A stretch of 64,000 bases of DNA from Dehalococcoidia bacterium (GTDB lineage Bacteria; Chloroflexota; Dehalococcoidia; UBA2979): positions 640,001 to 704,000 of the forward strand of contig OZ244720.1 of assembly GCA_965219085.1 (NCBI GenBank), read 5' to 3'. Made by a program: the position numbers and the translations under genes. The notes under the pieces were generated by a model. That model was not told the origin of the DNA and did not search any database. It saw only the letters and a list, made by a program, of their open reading frames with translations. This document shows, in pieces, positions 20,301-29,500 of this stretch. The first letter of the stretch is position 1. Each line of letters starts with the position of its first letter.

Positions 20301-22778
20301 GCCGAGAACTCGGCCGAAGGGACGCCCGTCGGTGCCCCGGTCACGGCCACCGACGCCGACGGCCATAGGCTGGGGTACACGCTCACCGGCGGCGACACGG
20401 ACATCTTCACCGTCGACAGCGGGAGCGGCCAGATTCGGGTCGCGCGGGGTGCGGCCCTCGACCACGAGGCGGGCATCTCCTACTCCGTCACGGTCACCGC
20501 CAGCGACCCCCTGACCGCCTCCGATAGCATCTCTGTCAGCATCAGTATCGACGACGTGAACGAGCGGCCACAGGCGGTCGACGACGCGCTCACGATCGAC
20601 GAGGACGCGCCGGGAACCCTCATCGAGGTGCTGTCCAACGACAGCGACCCCGAGGGCGACGCCCTGACCGCCACGGTGAGCACGCAGCCTGCCAACGGCG
20701 TCGCCGAGGTCGATGCCGCCAGCAACGAGATCACGTACACGCCCAAGGCCGACTACCACGGCGCGGACAGCTTCAGCTACGCCGTCTCCGACGGGAGCCT
20801 CTCCGCCGAGGCCACCGTCGCGGTGACCATCGACCCGCTCAACGACGACCCCGAGTTCGCGGGGGCCACGGCCGGGCGCTCGGTCTCCGAGAGCGCGCAG
20901 GAAGGGGACGACGTCGGCGCGCCGGTCACCGCCAGCGACGTGGACGGCGACGAGCTCACCTACCGGCTGACCGGCGCCGCTGCCTCGGACTTCGAGATCG
21001 AGGAGCACAGCGCCCAGGTCACCGTGCGCGACGGGGTCGTGCTGGACGCCGCGAACCGGCCCGCCTACGCGGGCACGGTGATCGCAGAGGACGGGAACGG
21101 CGGGACGGCGAGCATCGAGGTCACCATCACCGTGTCCAGCGCCGGCCCCACCGGCCCCGGCCCCGGCGGCGGGGGCGGCGGAGGCGGTGGTGGTGGTGGC
21201 CCGTCGGGGCCCTCGCCGAGCGAGCTGGACTTCGAGTGGAACGTGAAGCGCGACCTCGAAGCGCTGGACGGCGGCCACGACACGCCTACCGGCTCCTGGT
21301 CCGACGGCACGGTCCTCTGGATCGCCGAGAACGGCCCGGGCGCCGGCGACGCCGTCTACGCCTACGACCTCCAGACCGGCGAACGGGTGGAGGAGCGCGA
21401 GTTCGAACTCGACGAGCGCAACCGCGCACCGCGCGGCGTCTGGTCCGGCGGCACGGTCATCTGGGTCTCCGACAGCGGCCAGGACCGCCTCTTCGCCTAC
21501 GACCTCGAGACGGGCGAGCGGCTGCCGGAGCGCGACCTCGAGCTCGACGGGGACAACGGCGCCGCCCGCGGCATCTGGTCGGATGGCGAGAGGATGTGGG
21601 TGCTCGACGGCGGCAAGGACAGCCTCTTCGCCTACGACCTCGGGAGCGGCGCGCTGGTGGCCGAGTACGCCCTCGACGACGCCAACGGCGACCCTCACGG
21701 GATCTGGTCGGACGGGGTGACGATCTGGGTCTCCGACCACGGCGCGAAGCGGCTCTTCGCCTACCGCCTCGAGGATGGGGAGCTCGTACGCATCCGCGAG
21801 GAGGAGTTCACGGAGCTGAGCAAGGCCTCCAACAACAGCCCGCGCGGCATCTGGTCGGACGGCGAGGTGATCTACGTCGCCGACGAGAGCGACGACAAGG
21901 TCTACAGCTACAACATGCCCGACGCGATCGACGCCCGGCTGGCCGCGCTGACCCTGAGCGGCATCGAGATCGGGGAGTTCACGGGGGACCGCACGGAGTA
22001 CGAGGGCGTCGCCGCCGAGGGCGTGACGGAGACGACCGTCGAGGCCGCTACGGTGCAGCGCCGCACGACCGTCCTCATCGAGCCGGCCGACGCCGACGGC
22101 GACGACACGAACGGCCACCAGCTGGCGCTGGAGGGCATCGACGCGATCACCGTCACCGTGACCTCGGCGGACGGCAGCCGCACGCGCGTCTACCGCGTGC
22201 GGCTGGAAGGCGGCGCGGCGCAGGAAGCGCCGTGGACGCACTGCTTGCGCGGCGACGTCGCTGAGGGCTTCAGCCTCGTCGTCTATGAGGGCGGTGGCGT
22301 CGAGGACCTGGTCACCTGTGCGGAGAGCCGTGATGTCGTGGCCCTCTACGCGCTGCACGGCGGCGTCTACGTCTCGTACATCCTCGGAGCGCCGGGATTC
22401 GTGAACCAACCGTTCGTCGAGCTGTTCGCCGATGGCGTCCCCCCGGTCACGCCGCTGGTCGCTGGGAGCAGCGGACCGCCATCAGCGGACCCGAACCAAG
22501 GCGACGGCGCCCTGTTGCCGTGGCCGGAGTGCCTGCGCGGCGAGATCGCCGCGGGCTTCAGCCTCGTCATCTACGAGGGCGGCGTGGAGGAATTGGGGGC
22601 CTGCGCACAGAGCCGGCACGTTACGGCCCTCTACGCCCTACAGGACGGAGAGTGGATCCCCTACATCCTCGGCGCCCCGGAGTTCGTGAACCGCGAGTTC
22701 ACGGAGTTGTTCCCCGACGGCCTGCCTCCCATCACCCCGCTGGTCGCCAAGAGCGAGGGGGCCCCCGCAGCCAACTGA
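14301..22778 (+). CDS. Giant secreted protein G4 (2825 aa): FN3, PPC-like domains, kexin-like S8 serine peptidase with P-domain, FN3, beta-sandwich, spondin_N, cadherin repeats, C-terminal module
   Basis: Signal peptide present. S8 motifs VAVVDDG, THGTRVAG, FAAGNG and GRTSAAAP; P-domain DLEVLLISPSG...GENAAGEWTLRITD; spondin motifs HFSRLIGAVH, MVAPSPDWFVGVSG and PWDAGTE at ~17886-18446. Confidence 0.92.
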   Translation: MRWPALLAACVLLGVMAAPGLARAQMPPPVAAPTVDSVTRGDESLIVHWTAPAGVDAADISAYDLRSIESDAPDKAAGLWTPVLDAWSAGDLRYLLSGLTNDTQYDVQVRAVTMDGEGSWSATVTGTPADHSGATAGATALALDSTATGVIESGDDEDFFKIVLSSAADLWLYTTSNLDSVGVLYDSIGDVLESDDNGLWPDGPQDFEIRAELEAGTYYVSVGGNHSKVTGPYTLHARTATAAGGSLADATAITLGAPAPGRIDAADDRDFFKIVLTSAADLWIVSSSDTDLVGKLLDAHGVVIAQNDDSYLWFSRANFAIWHEVEAGAYYIEVRAFQSRTGPYTLHARTLTPPGGSIAAAADIDLLQTPARLDSAADEHYFALTIDADEYLYMDAVVSHALFRPDDPASLAAEVFDQDGNPVDIYQIPHSAYIEDGRSSISFSIFGKLSAGTNYFKISSPSGKPGPYLFTIYGDIAYTRFINECIALETPVSDPLYGCQWHLRNSGQYPGGAEQDINVEAAWTTTKGAGVNVAVVDDGMHLEHEDLTGNADPSRNRNYSARAGIFNPFETHGTRVAGLIAARDNNIGMRGVAPQATIYGYNLLADSTDANTADAMFRMGEGSTTGDEDTAVSSNSWGPPGNFIPQAAPAVWELAVQKGVTIGNHGKGVFYVFAAGNGAIIDGANLSEHANYYAVTAVCAVNHDDVRSVYSEVGANLWVCAPSSDSHDTGLPWIATTDTGHRYTPSFGRTSAAAPMVSGVAALLRSANPSLTWRDLKLILAASARKNDADNTGWQEGALKYGSTTDDDRYSFNHEYGFGVVDAGAAVALADGWSNVPALREISAESADEDLQIPDAPSLMTPGNSVTSSVTVDPYVGFVEFVGINVTFDHTFFRDLEVLLISPSGATSQLTRAWSFVGRTVNYAIRFGSARHLGENAAGEWTLRITDKWPGGQGKLVGWSLTAYGHGFSPGRPEIGMVAPGLGELTVDWSAPGDIGGSAVSAYDLRSIESDAADKSDDNWTVEAGIGTVGDLQYTVSGLDAGSAYDVQVRAVNAAGAGPWSATRVGATVATDDASLSALALSEGRLAPAFAGGVTSYTASVGYTVTQITVAATVNDAGAAVAFLDGNGNALADADGNATGQQVNLSVGDNAINAQVTARDGVTTQTYTLTVTRTQEDTSLTPPASDPVVAVASSAVYTITFQGKWTSAVTPEGLPGNAHFSRLIGAVHNAAVTFLESGRTASAGVESMAENGLTSALWSEITNAGPNATAVLEGTTNSIDPTLSRTLSGVTLSTEHPRVTLTTMVAPSPDWFVGVSGLPLLDGMGRWLRSHEVNLYPWDAGTEDGTGFSLSNPATSPQGVITSIRGTGKFSTARIATLTFTLQSVSPSFPAGESGARSIPENTAAGQNVGAPVAATDSDGETLSYTLGGTDAASFDIVATSGQLRTQAALDYETKSGYAVTVTVTDPSGLSAAVDVTISVTNVNDPPLVTGDTEVSYAENDTSDVTTYGATDPDDDTITWSLLGTDGGDFGISDIGVLRFATTPDFETPVDANRDNVYEVTVRADDGADPVTLGLTVTVTNDGQPPEFPSATDTQGVAENSPTSTVVATVTATDPDGEALTYTLGGADAASFDIANSAVGQLRAQAALDYEAQSSYQVVVTATDPYGLSDSITLTISVSDVNEAPAFPAGESGARSIPENTGAGQNIGAPVAAADDDNDALTYTLGGTDAASFRIGASSGQLRTDAALDRETKSAYTVSVGVRDSRDAGGNPDTATDDTITVTIAITDVNEPPVIDGPASVNFAEGGTGTVATYTATDPEGAIIWEPLAGPDRDHFTFSGGVLGFVAPPDFESPVDNGGNNEYSVRVRASDGANPATLDVTVTVVNEEEPGTLGLSSQQPLVGTTLGATLTDPDRVLSESWSWRRSLNRSTWSEITGATSASYTPLAADDLNHYLQVTVEYTDGHGSGKRLTQATDDVVEEPPPVNNPPAFADPSTSRSVAENSAEGTPVGAPVTATDADGHRLGYTLTGGDTDIFTVDSGSGQIRVARGAALDHEAGISYSVTVTASDPLTASDSISVSISIDDVNERPQAVDDALTIDEDAPGTLIEVLSNDSDPEGDALTATVSTQPANGVAEVDAASNEITYTPKADYHGADSFSYAVSDGSLSAEATVAVTIDPLNDDPEFAGATAGRSVSESAQEGDDVGAPVTASDVDGDELTYRLTGAAASDFEIEEHSAQVTVRDGVVLDAANRPAYAGTVIAEDGNGGTASIEVTITVSSAGPTGPGPGGGGGGGGGGGGPSGPSPSELDFEWNVKRDLEALDGGHDTPTGSWSDGTVLWIAENGPGAGDAVYAYDLQTGERVEEREFELDERNRAPRGVWSGGTVIWVSDSGQDRLFAYDLETGERLPERDLELDGDNGAARGIWSDGERMWVLDGGKDSLFAYDLGSGALVAEYALDDANGDPHGIWSDGVTIWVSDHGAKRLFAYRLEDGELVRIREEEFTELSKASNNSPRGIWSDGEVIYVADESDDKVYSYNMPDAIDARLAALTLSGIEIGEFTGDRTEYEGVAAEGVTETTVEAATVQRRTTVLIEPADADGDDTNGHQLALEGIDAITVTVTSADGSRTRVYRVRLEGGAAQEAPWTHCLRGDVAEGFSLVVYEGGGVEDLVTCAESRDVVALYALHGGVYVSYILGAPGFVNQPFVELFADGVPPVTPLVAGSSGPPSADPNQGDGALLPWPECLRGEIAAGFSLVIYEGGVEELGACAQSRHVTALYALQDGEWIPYILGAPEFVNREFTELFPDGLPPITPLVAKSEGAPAAN
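21216..22778 (+). repeat. Conserved C-terminal module copy 3
   Basis: PSELDFEW...GAPAAN*. Confidence 0.95.
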
Positions 22779-22975
22779 TCTCTCGCCTCCCGCCTGTATG
22801 TGCTTGTCGAGGACGGACTACTCCAGCCGCACGGCGCGGCGGGTGTCCTGGTCGGACCAACGTGCGATCCTCTGCACTCTCCCGCGAATGCCTTGACGCC
22901 CGAGTGCGTCGTCGAGCAAGACGGGTTGGTCAGTCATCTGGGACTCTCTTCCCCCGTCACGCAGCAGGACGATCA

Positions 22976-25456
22976 TCATTCCGCACGGGTGTGGGCGGGT
23001 CCATGGTCGGATGGCGTCCGAGAACCCTCGTGCCGGTTGACGACGCTGGCATGCGGCATGGTGTCGACTCCGGGACTTGCAGGCGGCTCCGTGTGCGGTT
23101 GCTCAGCCTTCGCCATGCGGTAGCCGACGCGAGGCTCGGTCACGACATACGTGGGGCTGTTCGCATCGTCGCCCAGCTTGCGGCGGAGTCTCTTCACGAC
23201 GGCGCGGACGAGCCGCGCGTCGCCGGAATTTGCCGGGCCCCAGACCCGGCGCAGCAGCTGATCGTGTGTCAGTACCCGGCCGGCGTTCACCGAAAGCTCG
23301 AAGAGCACCTGGTACTCGGTGGCGGTCAGCCGCACCGGACGGCCGGCCACGGACACGCTGCGTTCGAGGGGGTTGATAGTGAGATCCCCCAGCACATGGG
23401 GTTCGGACGGCTCGGCCCGGTCGAGCGCGGCTCGCTTGCGCAACGCCGCCTTGATTCTGGCCACCAGCTCCGTCGGCGAGAACGGCTTGACGACGAAATC
23501 GGCGGCTCCCATTTCGAAGGCCCGGGCAATGACCTGGTCGCTGCCGTACCCGGACAGGAAGATGACCGGCACATCGGCGACTGCGAGGATGTCTTGCATC
23601 AACTCCATGCCGTCGGCCCCAGGCAGCATCAGGTCGAGCAGGACCAAGTGGGGATGGCTCCTTTCCATGAGGAGAGCTACGTCCCGATCAGCGGTCACCG
23701 TCGGGCTGTAGCCCGCTTCCGAGAGCGTATCCCGAACGTGCCGCAGCGTCCGCGGGTCGCCGGCCACCGCCAGAATGCGCGGCTGCTCCCTCTCCGCCTG
23801 CCGTGGGGGAGCGGAGAGCGGGGTGGTGGCGGTTGCGGCCTCTTCCACCACTGGAATCGTGAACGTGAAGCGGGTGCCCAGGCCCTCTCCGTCGCTTTCG
23901 GCCCAGATGCGGCCCCCGTGGGCCTCCACGATTCCTTTGCAGATGGCCAGGCCCAATCCCGACCCCGCAATGTCGCGCCCACCGTCCTCGCCGTCGATCC
24001 GGGAGAACTTCCGGAACAGGTGAGGCAGGCGCTCGGCCGGCACGCCTCTGCCCTCGTCGGTGACGGAGACTGCGGCGTGGAAACCTTCCCGCGCGGCGGT
24101 CATCCGGATGGTGGACGACGGGGTCGAGTACCGGGACGCGTTGGCGAGGAGGTTGATCAGGACCTGGACGATACGGCGTCTGTCCGCCATGACCAGGGGC
24201 AGGTCCGGCGGGAGGTCGATGTGGAGGTCGTTGCGGCTCCCGCCGCTCAGGAACGTGTTCCTGGCCTCGTCCACGAGGCCGGCCACCTCCGCGGCTGCGG
24301 GGGTGACCGGCAGCGTACCGGTCTCGATACGCGCCACGTCGAGCAGATCGCTGATCAGGTCGCGCATGTGATCGGCCTGCTCGTCGATGATCCGGAAGAA
24401 CTGGAGCATCTCGGCGTGGTCCAGCTCGGACGAGGCGCCCAGCAAGGTAGCGACGGAGCCTTTGATGGAGGTCAGCGGCGCGCGGAGTTCGTGGCTCACC
24501 ATGCCCAGAAACTCGGCGCGCAGCCGCTCCAGCTCTTCCAGCGGTGTCATGTCCTGGAGGGTGACGACAACGGACTGGACCTCACCGCCTTCCGAGTAGA
24601 TGGGCGTGGCGTTGACCAGAGTGGTCACCGACCGGCCATCGGGGACCTGGATGACGATCTCCTCGGCGCGCACGGTCTCGCCGGTACTCAGGACCTGGCC
24701 CAGGGGGAATTCGTCCAGGGAGATCTCACGGCCGTCCGCGCGCCGGAAGGTCAGCACGTCAAGCAGCTGCGCTACGGAGCCGCCCGGCATCAGCAGATCC
24801 CCGACGATCCTGCCCGCCTCCCGGTTGAGCGACACCACCTCGCCCGTGCGTGCAGCGAAGACCACGACGCCCACTGGCGAGGTGTCGATCAGGGCCTCCA
24901 GGTCGGTCCTGGCCCGCCGTTCGTCGCGGTAGGCGCGGGCATTGGCGATGGCCATGGCCGCCTGGGAGGCGAACATCACCACGACCTCCTCGTCTTCCCC
25001 CGTGAACTCCCGCCCGCTCTCCTTGTCGGCGAGATAGAAGTTGCCGACATGCACGCCCTGATGGCGCATGGGCGTTCCCAGAAAGGTCTCCCCCAGCAGC
25101 GGGAGGTTGCCGGAAAAACCGAGCGACCTGAGGTAGCCGACGAGGTCCCTCAGCCTCAGCGGTTGCGGAATCTTGCTCAGGTGCTCGAAGAGCCTCGGCC
25201 CCTCGGGCATGTCCACGAACTGCTGGCGTTCTTCGGGAGTGAAGCCGGAGGTGATGAAGTCCTGGAGCTGCCCCGAGTCGTCGAGGGTCGTCATCCCGCT
25301 CCAGCGAGCGCCCGTGAGCGAGCGGGCGCCGTCCACGACCTCGCGTAGCACGGTATCGAGGTCGAGGCTCTGGCTGATGTGCAGGCTGGCCTCGCTCAGC
25401 CTGGAGAGGCGGTCTCGCAGCGCCTCGATTGCGTGCTCGCGCTCGTCGGCTTCCAT
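22976..25456 (-). CDS. Soluble hybrid sensor kinase/response regulator: GAF-PAS-HisKA-HATPase-REC-OmpR/PhoB wHTH (826 aa)
   Basis: H-box VSHELRAPLTSIKG, N-box NLLANA, G1 DEGRG, F-box LFRKF, G2 GSGLGLAI, REC LLDLMLP...KPF, wHTH LTATEYQVL...EPRVGYR. No TM segment seen. Confidence 0.93.
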   Translation of the reverse strand: MEADEREHAIEALRDRLSRLSEASLHISQSLDLDTVLREVVDGARSLTGARWSGMTTLDDSGQLQDFITSGFTPEERQQFVDMPEGPRLFEHLSKIPQPLRLRDLVGYLRSLGFSGNLPLLGETFLGTPMRHQGVHVGNFYLADKESGREFTGEDEEVVVMFASQAAMAIANARAYRDERRARTDLEALIDTSPVGVVVFAARTGEVVSLNREAGRIVGDLLMPGGSVAQLLDVLTFRRADGREISLDEFPLGQVLSTGETVRAEEIVIQVPDGRSVTTLVNATPIYSEGGEVQSVVVTLQDMTPLEELERLRAEFLGMVSHELRAPLTSIKGSVATLLGASSELDHAEMLQFFRIIDEQADHMRDLISDLLDVARIETGTLPVTPAAAEVAGLVDEARNTFLSGGSRNDLHIDLPPDLPLVMADRRRIVQVLINLLANASRYSTPSSTIRMTAAREGFHAAVSVTDEGRGVPAERLPHLFRKFSRIDGEDGGRDIAGSGLGLAICKGIVEAHGGRIWAESDGEGLGTRFTFTIPVVEEAATATTPLSAPPRQAEREQPRILAVAGDPRTLRHVRDTLSEAGYSPTVTADRDVALLMERSHPHLVLLDLMLPGADGMELMQDILAVADVPVIFLSGYGSDQVIARAFEMGAADFVVKPFSPTELVARIKAALRKRAALDRAEPSEPHVLGDLTINPLERSVSVAGRPVRLTATEYQVLFELSVNAGRVLTHDQLLRRVWGPANSGDARLVRAVVKRLRRKLGDDANSPTYVVTEPRVGYRMAKAEQPHTEPPASPGVDTMPHASVVNRHEGSRTPSDHGPAHTRAE

Positions 25457-25524
25457 CAGCGCCCCACCCCGGTTGCACGGGCTCGTCCCGGCCCGAATCG
25501 TACCAGTTCCGTTCGAAGCAACAA

Positions 25525-25574
25525 TGTCACACGATGATCACGAATTCGTCGGCTGATTGTCACGCTGGTGTCAC
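25525..25574. promoter_or_regulatory. Direct-repeat array upstream of the hybrid regulator (possible autoregulatory site)
   Basis: TGTCAC(25525)-GATCAC(25536)...TGTCAC(25558)-TGTCAC(25569), the same 11/22/11 spacing as the adhesin promoter boxes. Confidence 0.55.
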
Positions 25575-25601
25575 ATCGCTCGTCCAACGTACGCGCCATG
25601 A

Positions 25602-25865
25602 GTTGCAGCGGACGCCAACGACGCGGACCGCACGCACCGGCTGGAGAAGGGCGCGGAGATCGTCGTCTACGAGGGTGGCGGCGTCGGGCAGCTGGAGGCC
25701 CGTGCGCGGAGCCCGCACGTCACCGTCCTCTACGTGCTCGACGGCGGCGCGTTCGTCTCCTACATCCTGGGCGCGCCCGACTTCGTGAACCGGTCCTTCC
25801 ACGAGCTGTTCCCCCACGGCCTTCCGCCCGTCACGCCGCTGATCGCCGCAAGCAACGGGCCATAG
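25602..25865 (+). pseudogene. Orphan 3' end of a giant-protein gene (terminal CLRG-type domain relic)
   Basis: Reads LEKGAEIVVYEGGGVGQLEA...YILGAPDFVNRSFHELFPHGLPPVTPLIAASNGP*, matching the G1 end. In-frame TGA at 25599 immediately upstream; N-terminal part of the gene is absent. Confidence 0.85.
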
Positions 25866-26105
25866 CCCGCCTCGGAACGCGACGCCGCGGACCCCGCTGC
25901 CACTGAGCGATGGCGCTCGCTCCGCCTTTCGCGCACAACGCTCGGGCCCCGCTCCCGCCGACGGGGCGATCCGACGGAGTGCACGGGCTCGCCGCGATCT
26001 CCCTGACGAAGGAGCCGATGCAGGCCCTGGACCCGGTCGACCCGCTGGTTCCCAAGGCAGTCGCTCATTGCCTGAGACAGAGGCGACACCACCTCAATCC
26101 ATGAT

Positions 26106-26182
26106 ATTCACGATAAGTTCACATATAAACGTGGAAGATTCACGTTTCGTACACTGACACCAAGCCAACGAGCAGGAAGAAT
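26106..26182 (+). promoter_or_regulatory. Putative promoter copy upstream of G6
   Basis: ATTCAC(26106)-GTTCAC(26117)...ATTCAC(26138)-GTACAC(26149), then CTGACA-N17-AAGAAT. Confidence 0.65.
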
Positions 26183-26341
26183 TACCCCACTCACCCGAGG
26201 AGCGCACAACACGCGCGCGAGGGGGCATTGGTGCGTCCAACCGTCGCGAAGTCGAACGGGAACGCGCGGCAGGCAAGCGCAGCGGCGCTGCTGACCGCGT
26301 CCGGCGCTGTCTGCGCGCACGGCGCTCCTAGAACAAATGTA

Positions 26342-26358
26342 CCCCCCCCCCCCCCCCC
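26342..26358 (+). repeat. Poly-C tract (C17) in the G6 leader
   Basis: Direct read. The homologous site is C6 at 6580-6585 and C22 at 50794-50815. Confidence 0.9.
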
Positions 26359-26596
26359 GATTTTTGTTCACCCGGATCGCGCCAAGCCGGTCCGGTTCCT
26401 TCGCTCGGACCCAACCCTCTCGTCTTGCCCCATGCACGGAGCGCACCCGTGCAGCAAGACGAACCACCGCCGCACGTGATGCCCCAGAGATTGACGGCCG
26501 TGGGCGCCACCCCTCCCGAGCCGACGCTGCTGACACGAGGAGGCCCAGCGGCGGCCACCCGCGCCGGGCGGGAACACACGCACCGGGGGCACAACG

Positions 26597-29500
26597 ATGA
26601 CGCGCATCCGTAGGCCCGGCTTCCCCATCCTGCTCGCCGCCCTCGCCCTGGGCGGCCTGATGCTGGCCCTGTCCCCGGCCGGCGCGCCGCCGGTGGGCGC
26701 GCAGCAAGGCGCGGTCCCCGCGCGGCCGGCCGGCCTGACGGTCAGCGCGGTCACGCACGACTCGGTCAGCCTCGGCTGGCACGACCCCGGCGACACCAGC
26801 ATCACGCACTACCAGGTGCTGCGGCGCGACCGCGACCACGACGCCCTGGGCGCGTTCACGATGATCGAGGAGAACACGGGCTCGCCCGCGACGAGCTATA
26901 CCGACACGACGGTGGCGCCCGAGCGGCGCTACGCCTACCGCGTCCAGGCGGTCAACCGGCACGGCGCCGGCCAGCGGTCGAGCTTCGCAAAGGCCGACAC
27001 GCCGGCCGCGCCCGCGGCGCCGCCCGCGGAGCAGCAGGTGCGGGCTACCGGCGACGCCACGGGCACGATCTCGATCAGCGGGACCGTGCAGGTCGGCGAG
27101 CGGCTGACCCTGTCCGGTAGCTCGACCATCAGCGACCCCGACGGCGTCCCGAGCGACGTCACGCAGCAGCTCGACTACCAGTGGATTCTTAACGACGGAA
27201 CCACCGACGCCGACATTACCGGCGCGACGGAGGAGAGCTACGCGCCGGTGCTGGCCGACCTCGGCAAGTTCATCAAGCTGCGAGTCAGCTTCCAGGACAA
27301 CGCGAGCAACGCCGAGTCGCTGACCAGCGCCGCCACCGTCGCGGTGATCGCCTCAACCTACGGGAATGTCATCTATTCGGCCGTAATGACCGTGGGCACG
27401 GACGAGGCCATCCCCTTCACCGATCTTTACTACCGCGGGTATAACGAAAATCACATCGGCAGCCTCGAACCCCTGGTGTTCAGCTTCGACGGCACTGACT
27501 ACACGGTGACCCAAATCTCCACGAACGATCTGGCACAGTCGCTGGGGGTGCATTTCGATCGGGATCCCGAGCCGTATCCCGGTCTGGAAGGCGGCCCCGT
27601 TGGGCCGGGATTCAAGCTTTATCTTGACGGTACGAAATTCAATCTCACTCCCGAGAGGATCAACAACTTCTTCAGCCATAGCCTGAGCTGGAGCGACGGC
27701 CAGACCGTGCAGGTGCGGCTGGTACCCAACCAGGCGCCGGTGGGGGCGCCCACGATCAGCGGCAACCCCGCGGTGGGCCAGACGCTCACGGCGGACACCT
27801 CCGCCATCTCGGACCCCGACGGCCCGGCCAGCCTGACGTTCAGCTACCAGTGGGTCGCCGACGCGGGCGGCGCCGACGAGAGCGAGATCGCCGGCGCGAC
27901 CGGCGCCACCTACACGGCGACGGTGGCCGACCTGGGCACAACGATCTCGGTGCGCGTCGACTACACCGACGCTGAAGATTTCGCGGAGTCGCTGACCAGC
28001 GCCGCCGTGGCGGTCGTTCCGGCGGGGCTGTGGCTGTACGCAACCCTGACCGCGGGACAGATCATGGACGCCGGCAACCCGAACGGAGAGATCGGGTATG
28101 TCGGCGCCCCCACGGGGACGGTGAGCGGGGGATCGTTGTCCCCGACCATGTTCACCGCCGCGGGCACCTCGCACACCGTGGAGACGCTCGTTTTCGATCC
28201 CGATCTCGGCAGCGGCGGCGGCTTGGCGCTCCAGGTCACTGGGGAGCCACCGGCTGGCTTCTCCCTGGGCGTCGGGTCGGAGCGCTTCGCGGAGGCCGAC
28301 AGCACCTCACTGAACTTGGGTATTGTCTCCCTATACTCCTGGCCGCCCACACCGGCTGTTTCGGGCTGGTCCGTCGGCGACGAAATCGCTGTGTGGCTGG
28401 CGCCCCCGAACACCCCGGCCACCGGCCTGCCCACGATCGGCGGCACGGTCCAGGTGGGTGAGCCGCTCACCGCCGGAACCTCGGCGATCGTGGACAGCAA
28501 CGGCCTCGGCGGGCCGTTCAGCTACCAGTGGATCCGCAGCGACGGAACGACCGACACCGAGATCGAGGGGGCGACCGCCGCGACCTACACTCCCGTGTTC
28601 GCCGGCGAGGGCCAGTTCCTCAAGGTGCGGGTCAGCTTCACCGACAACGGCGGCAATGCCGAGGCGCTGACCAGCGCCGCCACCGTTGCAGTGGCCGCCT
28701 CTCCCTACGGCGCGGTGATCTGGGCGGGCACGATGACCGTTGAGCTCTGGCAGGGCGGCGACAGCGACATCCTCGGCTGGGGGCGCGTTCCGTTCAGCAC
28801 CCCGCGCGGCGATCTCGACCAGCACACGTTCGTCTACGACGGCGTCACCCACCGTTGGCATCTGATCTATCACAAGGTCGCCGGAGCCAACGCAGGGCTG
28901 CGGCTCATCTGGGAGGGCTCCTTCGCGGCGGTCACGACCGGCCGCTTCAACTTCTGGGCCCACGACGACACTGCGTTTACGTTCGATCGGGCGACGGTGA
29001 CCGGGAGCGACATCCTTCTCCCGGTCATGACCGGGGAGATCGACTGGTACAACTTCGTCACCCGACCGCTGCAGTTGCGGCTGACGGTGGACCGGGTGGG
29101 GGCGGGCGACGTCCAAGTCAGCGGTACGGTCGCAGTCGATGCGACGGTGGCCGCTGATGTCTCTGGCCTGACCGACCCCGACGGCCTGCCGCCGGCCAGC
29201 GAGATGAGCTACCAGTGGCTGTACGGCACCGGCGCCGATCCCACGACCTACGCCGTCAGCACCGGCGAAACCGGCTCCACCTACACCGTGGAGGCAGTAC
29301 ATGCACAATTCTCGCGCCGCCTTGCGGTGCGGGTGAGCTTCACCGACGGTGCGGGATTTGAACACACCGTCTACAGCGCCCGCACGGGCATAGTCGCCGA
29401 TGCCGCCGTGACCAACGCGGCGCCCACGTTCACGGACGGCGCATCGACGACGCGGGCGATGGCGGAGAACACGGGCGCGTCGATGAGCGTGGGCGCCGTC

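Noticed and set aside
22520-25348. 942-aa + strand ORF
   Set aside because: Shadow of the minus-strand hybrid kinase, which has all the canonical motifs.
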